A DNA stretch of 64,000 nucleotides from Octopus bimaculoides. Taxonomy: Eukaryota. The DNA is taken from assembly GCF_001194135.2 (NCBI RefSeq), contig NC_068984.1, positions 123,101,818-123,165,817 on the forward strand, read 5' to 3'. Below the pieces are notes generated by a model that saw nothing but the letters and a program-made list of their open reading frames with translations, was not told the origin of the DNA and did no database searches. Numbering within the stretch: position 1 is the stretch's first letter; the number at the start of each line of letters is the position of its first letter. The position numbers and the translations under genes were made by a program. Shown here one piece after another: positions 54,815-64,000 of this stretch.

Positions 54815-55025
54815 GAGCTGGCAGAATTGTTAGCATACCTGGCAAAATGCATAGTGGCATTTCATCTGTCTTCATGTTCTGAGTTCAAATTCCACCGAGG
54901 TTGACTTTGCTTTTTAACATTTTGGTGGTCAATAAAATAAGTAGCAGTTGAACATTATGGGTCAATGTAATCAACTTAGCCGCTCCACCAAAATTACTGG
55001 GCTTTTGGCAAGATTTGAAACCATT
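54815..55025 (+). mobile_element. Abundant SINE family (gagctggcagaat...gagttcaaattcc...cctttcatcc); other copies near 55416, 56075, 63127 and on - near 37660-37880
   Basis: Recurrent body with B-box-like gagttcaaattcc. Confidence 0.75.
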
Positions 55026-55066
55026 ATTATTATTCAGTTCTATATTTAAGAGATGAGGAATTATTT

Positions 55067-55387
55067 ACATTATTTACATTTGATGGATATTTGTCCTCAT
55101 CTTGTTTTATAGATTTATAAGCCCTAAAATTCACTCCATAATTGCCCACGGACATATGGCGTAGTGGTTAAGAGCACAGGCTACTAACCCCAAGATTCCG
55201 AGTTCGATTCCAGGCAGTGACCTGAATAATAAATAATAATGATAACATTGAAAAATACCTTAGGAATGAGAACCCAGGTTCGAAATTTCCCCAAGACACC
55301 TGATGAAGGCTGGAGGGTGTATCAGCCAAAACATTATGTTAACAACAAACAAGATGAGGACAAATATCCATCAAATGTAAATAATGT
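55067..55387 (+). mobile_element. Composite element: tRNA-like head + degenerate hammerhead, bracketed by perfect 41-bp inverted repeats
   Basis: IR 55067-55107 / 55347-55387; A box 55157-55167, B box 55200-55211; hammerhead-like 55295-55340. Confidence 0.7.
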
Positions 55388-56031
55388 ACATTATTATTAT
55401 TATTATTACTTTGTAATAAGGTGGTGAACTGGTAGTATTGTTAGCACTGACAAAATTTTTATTGGCATTTCTTCTAACACATTACGTTCTGAGTTCAAAT
55501 TCCATCAAAGTCAATTTTTGCCTTTCATCCTTTCGGGGTTGATAAAAAAAAAGTACCAGCTGAGCACTAGGGTCGATATAACTGACTAACCCCCTTCTCC
55601 CAGAATTTCAGGCTTGGTGCCTATAGTAGAAAAAAATTATTATTATTTTGTAATAATATGGTATATTATTAGGTATCAAAATATTTTATTGTACATTCAT
55701 TAAAAGATAAAGTGACAGTTACCAGGTTGTAGATGTAAGATAGAGGCTTTGACACTTAATATATGATATTATTAAACATTCATAATTAAGTAACAGTATA
55801 TGTGTGTCTTTTACAATGGCTGCAATGACTCCACCATGATGCAATAAACAATTTTATGTCACTTGCCAAACTAGTGCAACTCAAGAATATATTATATATT
55901 TTTCAATTATTTCACATTAATTCTCTTGGAACACAGTTAATTGTTTTCATAGTTGGATAGACTTTCTGCCATTCACTACTCAACTGTGAAATAGAATCAG
56001 GAGTTGTTTGTCTGTCAAGCAAGTAATTTGG

Positions 56032-56069
<38 letters not shown>

Positions 56070-56336
56070 TATTAAGGCGGTGAGCTGGCAGAATTGTTAG
56101 CATGCTGGATGGACTGCTTAGCAGTATTTTGTCTGTCTATATGTTCTGAGTTCAAATTCAGCCGAGGTTGACTTTGCTTTTCATCCTTTTGGAGTTGATA
56201 CTTTAAGTACCANNNNNNNNNNNNNNNNNNNNNNNNNNNNNNNNNNNNNNNNNNNNNNNNNNNNNNNNNNNNNNNNNNNNNNNNNNNNNNNNNNNNNNNN
56301 NNNNNNNNNNNNNNNNNNNNNNNNNNNNNNNNNNNN

Positions 56337-56745
56337 TATTATTATTATTATTATTATTATCATCATTGCCTTTGCACAGCTTCTAATGCTGGAGATGTAC
56401 TATGGTGTCAGCTGTTCCCTACCAGTGAACTAAAGTAACACCTCTTATTTTTCGAGCACCTTCCAGAGTATTCGAGCAGTTCCAAGCAGTGCTGTTTTCT
56501 GCAAGTGCTCCACCCTTATTGCAGCCCCTATTTGTTCCACGTACTTCTTGAGATTTTTGCTCACTGTTCCCAGCTCTGACAATTATTGGTACTACTGCTA
56601 CTTTTTTCATCAACCACAACTGCTTAACTTCCCAAGCTAACCTGTCATACATATCTCTTGACTTTTCTTTCTTCCTTATCACATACTTTGTTGTCAGCGT
56701 TTTCTTTCTCAGGGCGTGCTATATCTATGATCCAGCATAGTTTGT
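56337..56745 (-). mobile_element. 3' end of an R4/Dong-type (RLE endonuclease) non-LTR retrotransposon in (TAA)n
   Basis: VAVVPIIV-GALG-like and LQKTALLGTARILWKVLEK* on the - strand; (TAT)n at both ends. Confidence 0.75.
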
Positions 56746-57985
56746 TTTATTATTATTATTTGTCATTGATGCTTCTGTAACTTTCTTTTTTCTAGGTAGT
56801 AGTGTTGGCCCTATACAAATCCATTTTTACCTTTGGGAAGAGGTGGTTCATATTAATCTGGCCTCTATTCTTTAACCTGTCCAACATGGGAGGCCCTACT
56901 AGGAGCTTGTACTTTTTTGGCACAGCTCTCAAGGTCATTGAGGTACACAAGCACCCCACTACAACAATGATTGGACCTAGGGGTGAATTCCTATAAACTA
57001 GTCCGACAATATTTGGGAAAGAGAAACACCATCAAGGACAGTGGTGACAGTATTGAAGGAGACTTAAGTTCATAGTCACTTTTGTGTCACAATATGAATG
57101 GGTGTTCAGTACTGACATAACTTTTGGTGATATGCAGGCAGGTGGTATGATTGTGGACATACAGTTCCTCATGTTCCTGCAAGGTGGCAAAGCAATACTG
57201 GTATTATGTCTTCTACAGAGTATTGAGAAGGTGGCCTTAAAACTTGGTAACCAGGGTAGAAACCCAGCTGCTACAGATATGTTAGTGAAAGCCATTTACA
57301 ACCTTTCTGTGTAGACAGCTTAAAAGGATAAAAACAATAGTAACAAAGCATGGAGGTTGCTGATCCTAAGCGGTTACTAAGGTCATGAGAAAAAAAAATC
57401 ACCCTGTCTTCATTGTCAGGAGCTAACCAAGAGACCTAAGACCTAAGAAATTTTCTCAGTCACAACTGGCAGCGAATAAACAAGGGGAAATAAATCAAGA
57501 AATTGTGATCGTTGCTAAACATTTGCTGTCAATGAAAATTACTAGTTGGTAACATATTTTGTTGTCTGAAGATTTCTTAGCAAAAAGCTTCTATCCTGTG
57601 TGTGTGTGGATCTTGGTTTCAGGTATGTATATGTGTGCTGTAAATGGAAAATACTAGTCATCATACAATGACCTTTTCTATACTGCAGTCACAGCATGGT
57701 TCTGAGTTTTAATATACTATAACCTGTTGCCTGTGATGTAAATTATCGATAACTTTAGATTCATCAGTTGTAATGATACCGAGAACTTTCTATTGAGTTG
57801 AGCAGTGTTGGTTGAGCATGTTATTCAAAGTGTTCAGACATATTTTGTTACATCTCGAACTAGTACTTTGTAGTTGGTGGTTCTTCTTTCTGTATCCAAC
57901 TTCTTTGTAATTACATACAGTATTCCCAGCCTCTGTGAAACTCTTTCACTGATGTTTGCTTATGCAGTTAACTTAAAAAAGCTCC

Positions 57986-58214
57986 TTAACCCTTTCATTA
58001 CTGTATTTATTTTGAGATGCTCTGTGTTTCTTTCAATTATTTTAAATATAACAAAGAATTTAGTAAAACGACTTAGTTATCATTAAGCTAGTGTTAAGAA
58101 CATAAATTGTGACTAAGGTTTGGTGGAAGATTTTAATTTAAAACTTATGAAAACAAAACATTTGTACTACAGAGCCAGAGCTGGTTTCAGCCGGGTTGGT
58201 AACGAAAGGGTTAA
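57986..58214. mobile_element. TTAA MITE, second family
   Basis: ttaaccctttcattac...gtaacgaaagggttaa; a degenerate copy starts near 17599. Confidence 0.8.
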
Positions 58215-58391
58215 ACAAGTATTTGCACTCACACGAACTTGCTGTTGATGATAATATCTTGAATTTGAAATTCCTTTTTCATAACCTGCTTATAATTCTC
58301 AAAGTGCAATTTGAGGTTTGACAAACTTTATAATACCTTTGTAAAACTATTTTCTGAATATAAAATTTAAGACTGCTTGTCTTCATTTCAG

Positions 58392-58554
58392 TTCAAATTC
58401 GATGCTCAACTTTTATTAGTCAAAATCCACTACTGTCGTGGCAATTATACTGGTGCTTATGCTTTATTGGAAAAAGCTGATATTGATAACATCACTATTA
58501 AGTCTCCCTCAATCCGGTTTCTACGGATTTTAGCCGAAGGCTATGCTATTAAAG
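58392..58554 (+). CDS. TTC7: TTC7 exon 3 (163 nt): FKFDAQLLLVKIHYCRGNY...RILAEGYAIK
   Basis: Aligns by eye to TTC7B AKLNYVEGDY...RVIAEAYATKG; canonical sites; phase 0/1. Confidence 0.93.
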
Positions 58555-59889
58555 GTAAGTAACATATTTTATTTGTTGGTTGAGCTGATTGCCTTATCTC
58601 ACTTTCAATGTCTTCTGTTTTTCCACCGTAAGCCATTGTTTAAATATTGTTACACGAAGGATAGAAGGAAATCAACTTATGAATTGAAAGATCCAGTCTT
58701 CAGTAACACAATAGGGCAGAATTCATTATGCAGAAATATGTATCCAAAGTCTTTAGCAAAATAATGAACCACTTGTTAATTTTCCCATTTTACTAATGCA
58801 CGGATTACTGAAGGTGTTCCTACCCTGTGGTACTAATTTACATTTAGGTGGATGAACCTGTTTGATAGTCATCTCCTGGTTACAGACATAACATAGTGTC
58901 AATGAAAGATATGAATTATCAGCCTATCACTCAGTTACTTGCACTTGGTTGCATTTTAAGTTTTGATGTTTGTAATAACTTAGCTTATTGAAGCAGCACT
59001 GAAGATTTTGTCTTCATGTGTACCATGTCTGTTCTGGAGAGGCTACCTCTCTCCCAAGTTATACTCACAGTAAGATTGGAACTCAGTACTACAAAGCTAA
59101 TGAAACACCTTATCAACTGAATTATATTCCTATTGTTCACAACTGCCAGGTGTACCTTTCCATGGTACCAATTTACAACTCAGCAGACAACAGTTATATC
59201 AAGGTAACCAATACTAACGTTAGGATATGAATTGTTGACTCTTTGGCTAATGGTCTCTATTTTCTGGCCTTGAAGAGGAAGACTAGTCTGTGGGATGCAG
59301 TTTTAGATCTGTTTGGCGTAATGAGTCTCTGGAAAGGATTTTTGAGGATAACGAAGGCCAGAAATTGTAGTGTTTATTTGTGTGATATTTCAATATTAAC
59401 TTGACTGTGTTCAACTCTCGAAGTTTAGATGTTGCCAAGATTAATAAAAATGATTATTTCATATTCAACTCTGTGTGAATTGTATGATAACATAATCTGG
59501 CTGTTCGATTTTCATTACCAGTTTAAGAAATATTGTAATTTGATATAAATGTTAAAGATTTCACATCTGAAGGATTTATTTGTAATGCTTAGCTAATTTT
59601 CTGAATCTCAAGGTTTGAAGGAAATTTGCTGTTATTTCCAGTAAGTTGTGTGACCACATAAATGCTCCTTTGTTGACTTATGAGTGAGTTGTAAGATGAA
59701 GTGTATATTAATGCAATATTTAGATATTGGGTTGATTACTTTTATCTTTTTTATGATTTTTGTTTCAAACTAAAATAGAATCAATATTTCTCCTAGAAAT
59801 TAATTCAATCTTCCATGCTTAGGACTGTAATGTTCTCTGTAACATTCTCCTGTAATTGATATATTTTTTATACCTTTTAGTCAAGAGGA

Positions 59890-60276
59890 GAGGCGCAATG
59901 GCCCAGTGGTTAGGGCAGCGGACTCGCGGTCATAGGATCGCGGTTTCGATTCCCAGACCGGGTGTTGTGAGTGGTTATTAAGCGAAAACACCTAAAGCTC
60001 CATGAGGCTCCGGCAGGGGATGGTGGCGAACCCTGCTGTACTCTTTCACCACAACTTTCTCTCACTCTTACTTCCTGTTTCTGTTGTGCCTGTAATTCAA
60101 AGGATCAGCCTTGTCACACTGTGTCACGCTGAATATCCCCGAGAACTACGTTAAGGGTACACGTGTCTGTGGAGTGCTCAGCCACTTGCACGTTAATTTC
60201 ACGAGCAGGCTGTTCCGTTGATCGGATCAACTGGAACCCTCGACGTCGTAAGCGACGGAGTGCCAACAACAACAAC
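59890..60276 (+). mobile_element. Full-length young tRNA-derived SINE with an 11-bp TSD
   Basis: A box tggcccagtgg, B box ggtttcgattcc, (aac)n tail; TSD agtcaagagga at 59879-59889 and 60277-60287. Confidence 0.92.
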
Positions 60277-60868
60277 AGTCAAGAGGAAAGGCAGCACCCA
60301 TGACACTGAGACTAGTGGGAGGGAGGGGAGGAAGGTATTCTCACGCTGGAGACCTTACCCAAATGCTTGTAACAGAATGGATTCTGCTAAGAAGGACACC
60401 TGAGGCAACAGGTAGTGGTGGTGAACTGGGCAATGATGAGGTAAAAGAATAAAAAGAATATATAAATTTATAACAGGAAAAGTGGACACAATATCTTGGA
60501 ATTCCATCAGTCAGTAACATGTCATAGAAATTGTATAAGAAATGGTATGATAATCTAAGTAGACAGTAAGTATTCTCTCTAACAGAATCAATACTAACAG
60601 GAACCAATAACCAAGTATGGATTTTGAGTCAAAGAAAACCAACAGCTTGAAGAATACACTTGATGGCTATTGGAAAAGCCTTTCTAATATGAAGAAAAGG
60701 TGTTTATGAGTTACTTAACTGTAAAATTAAGTAAAAATAAAGTTAGTGGTTGATATTTTTGTTGCTCAGAACCATCACATGTACCCCTTTCTCTTAGTAT
60801 CATTTTCATTTCATTATAATCAAACATATGAACTTTTAATTGTGTATATAAATAATTTCTCATTATAG

Positions 60869-61121
60869 GTCTTTGCTTGGAACGGATGCCCCCAGCAACC
60901 ACTAGCAAATTTAAAGCTGCTGAGAAAGAGGAGAAGATAATTCATTATTTTGAAAAAGCTGGTGATCTGGCGTTGTTACATTTACAAGAACAGGAGAGGA
61001 GTCAGACCAGTGGGCAGCTAGGTGTTGGGCAGGTATCACTAGCCCCTGTTAACGTGAACGATGTGGGACTTATTCTGGAAACTGCAATACAACAGGCTCC
61101 CATTTTACACATTAAAAATGG
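60869..61121 (+). CDS. TTC7: TTC7 exon 4 (253 nt): (G)LCLERMPP...FEKAGDLALLHLQEQER...LILETAIQQAPILHIKNG; gene continues beyond the window
   Basis: Matches TTC7B GLCLEK, YEKAGDIALLYLQE, FLETGLQRAHVLYFKNG; acceptor cattatag, donor GG|gtcagt; phase 1/2. Confidence 0.93.
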
Positions 61122-61458
61122 GTCAGTATTCATAGTCTTTCTTATTTCCCTTGTTAACGATTATCTCCCTTACATTTATGCTGTTCATTTCATCTATTCA
61201 CCAACCATTGATCTTTTTCTGTTGCGGAATTTATCGATTAGAAACCAGATACTCATTGATTTTTGATAAAATCGAAAGGCTTAAAATAGATCTTGCTTAT
61301 TTGTCTGAAGCTAGTTATGATTGCTGTGACCTATTTTAAGAATGGTAGTGATAGCTTGTGTAAAAGAAGTTGGCTGTGCAACTACTGTAATAAATATATT
61401 ATTTATCATTTTACCATAATCATCTTCATTATCATCATCAGCTTCATCATCATCATCG

Positions 61459-61494
<36 letters not shown>

Positions 61495-62098
61495 GCTTTA
61501 TCATCATCATCATCATCATTTTCATTTCATTGTAGTCATTATTACAACTGATAATATAATTTCCCCCCATTTTAACCTCAAATTACAATTCATCTAGAAA
61601 TTTCTGTTTGTTTCAGTTTCATTGGGTGATAGTATAATTCTAACTTCACAGTTCAGTAGTTAGTGTTAAGAAGAACATTCAATCAGTGAAGTAAAATTAT
61701 TTCTTCATCCAAACGTTTACAAATCCATAACCCAAAATTAAAAGCTGTTCATATGCCTCTCCTCCCACAAAAAAAAAATACTACCCCGCCTCCAAAGGAA
61801 CAAAAATATGCACTGTTAAGCGGTGTACATATTTAATTAAAGGGCACTACTATAAAGAGAATGGGAAGAATCCATGTGCGTGTGCATGTGCATGTGTGTA
61901 TGTATATATGTATGTATGTATGATGATGATGGTGATAGTGATGATATATTTAATTGACAGTAGGCAGCTTCACATAAATAGTAAAGGAATATGATGTGAT
62001 TACTCATATACACACACATGTGCATATGCACACACATATGCACACACATGCGCATGCACTCATGCCTACTCTTGCACTTGCATATATATATATGTATG

Positions 62099-62187
<89 letters not shown>

Positions 62188-62839
62188 TTGTTTTAATGTC
62201 CATGTTATCATGCTTGCATAGATTAGACAAAACCTATTAAGGCAGGTATTCTAGAGTTGGATACCCTTCCTGTTGCCAACATTCATTTGTTTCTAAGCAA
62301 ACTACTATTTCTCCCTGGTCAGACATGTTTTTGTAGAATATTGGAAATGAATGACACTGCTTGTATGACAGTGACGCTCATTTACAATGTCACATGATGT
62401 CCAGACAGGAAGGCACAAACATTCACACACACACATCATCATCATCATCATCATCATCATCACCATCATCATCATTTAATGTCTGTTGTCCATGGGCTGG
62501 ATGGTTTGACCAGAGCTGGCAAGCTGGGAAGCTGCACCAGACTCCAGTCTGATTTGGCATGGTTTCTATGGCTGGACACCCTTCCTAATGCCAACCACTT
62601 CACAGAGTGTGCTGGCTGCTTTTATATGGCACTGCACAGGCACTTTTACATGGAACTGGATGGATACTTTTATGTGATACTGCATGGGTGCTTCTACGTG
62701 GCACCACCACATCTGCTTTTCACTACCAAAGGGACTGGTCTTAACACTTCTGCTATCAGATGACTGGTTTTATGTGGCACCACCATGAGTGCTTTTCACT
62801 ACCAGAGGACTGGTCTTAACACTTCTGCTGAGGAGTATA

Positions 62840-63000
62840 GGTCTTCTTGAGTACAGCAAGGTGCCAGGCATTTCAGTCCTTTGTTGTCTCACCTGAAAGG
62901 TTCAGTCTCCTGAGGTTGTTGTATGGTACTTCAAACTATGTCTTCCTAGGTCTCCCATTTCCATGTGTTCCATCTACTTTGAGGGAACGGCACTTCTTTA
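62840..63000 (-). mobile_element. RTE 3' fragment
   Basis: - strand VEGTHGNGRPRKT-like. Confidence 0.6.
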
Positions 63001-63008
63001 TGGAGTTG

Positions 63009-63046
<38 letters not shown>

Positions 63047-63965
63047 NNNNNNNNNNATATATATATATATATATATATATACATAGATACATATATATAT
63101 ATATAATTATTATTGATAATAAATAAAGTGGTGAGCTAGCAGAATCATTCTCACACCAGACAAAACGCTTAGTAGCATTTCTTGTAGCTTTATGTTTTGA
63201 GCTCAAATTCTGCTGAGGTTGACTTTGCCTTTTCATCTTTACATGGTTGATAAACTAAGTACCAGTTAATCACTGGTGTCAATGTAATTGATTATCCCCC
63301 TTCCTTATAATTGCTGGCCTAGTGCCAATAGTAGAAAGAATTATAATTGATAATAATAATCCTTTCTACTATAGGCATAAGGTCTGGAATTTGAGGGGAG
63401 GGAGATAGTCAATCACATTAACCCCAGTACTTTCATATGGGTTTTATGGATGGATACCATTCCAAATGCTAACACTTTACAGAGTGGACTGGATGCTTTT
63501 TACATGGCACCAGCACTGGCAAGGTCACCAAGTAACTTGCAAGTTAAAGATCCTTTGGGAGGGTAGTGATGGTATTGAAGGAGGTAGCTTTGTACCAGGT
63601 GATGAGAGATTAGAGTATGACAGAGAGACAGAAACAGATATGTTGTTGTAGAGGAGATACATGGTTACTCCAGTCAGAGAGAAAGAGAGAGAGAGAATGA
63701 GAGAGAGAACAAAAGTAAGTGATAGCAATAGAGCGTGAGAGAGGGAGTGGCAATGTGCCAGACATTACTCTAAAGGTACAAGGATGTGAATAGAAATGGG
63801 ACGGTAGAGAATTGCCCAGGGTGCATGAATAGGGTGTTCACGTGAATGCAAAAGTGGTGGGGGGAATGTAGTGACTAGTGAAATCTAAGTATATGGGGGC
63901 AGGGGGTGACAGGATAGCAATAATATAGTTGGCAGGGTGGGAAGAACACGATTGGGCTGCAAAAG

Positions 63966-64000
<35 letters not shown>

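Noticed and set aside
55150-55222. tRNA gene
   Set aside because: Has A and B boxes but no proper acceptor stem, and is embedded in a repeat; SINE-type head.
62698-62830. Short tandem duplications (also 5150-5242, 46184-46226, 51237-51282)
   Set aside because: Two-copy slippage duplications inside repeats; no conserved repeat-spacer pattern, not CRISPR-like.

Overview
AT-rich, microsatellite-dense eukaryotic genomic DNA with scaffold N-gaps. The repeat content (RTE LINEs, tRNA-headed SINEs, TTAA MITEs) suggests an octopus or other cephalopod; this species call is an inference. Three genes are supported. (1) The 3' end of an unidentified + strand gene (phase-consistent exons 933-989, 1711-2169, 6598-6658, 8971-9172) with an acidic tail and a 7-aa tandem repeat exon. 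(2) A complete RPS27A (ubiquitin-S27a fusion) on the - strand (5' TOP exon ~25339-25378, stop at 18025). (3) The first four coding exons of a TTC7 orthologue on the + strand, with a 20-kb first intron. RPS27A introns carry C/D snoRNAs read directly from the sequence: a U58-like guide in intron 1, and two intact plus one decayed SNORD126-like copies in the last intron, with a candidate stop-containing micro-exon between the intact copies. Other notable structure: a Helitron inserted precisely into an RTE LINE, a solo LTR with a 5-bp TSD, a 200-bp-arm hairpin in TTC7 intron 1, and a tRNA-headed element with a degenerate hammerhead bracketed by perfect 41-bp inverted repeats. No CRISPR, rRNA or intact tRNA genes were seen. 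Nothing here is proven novel without database searches.
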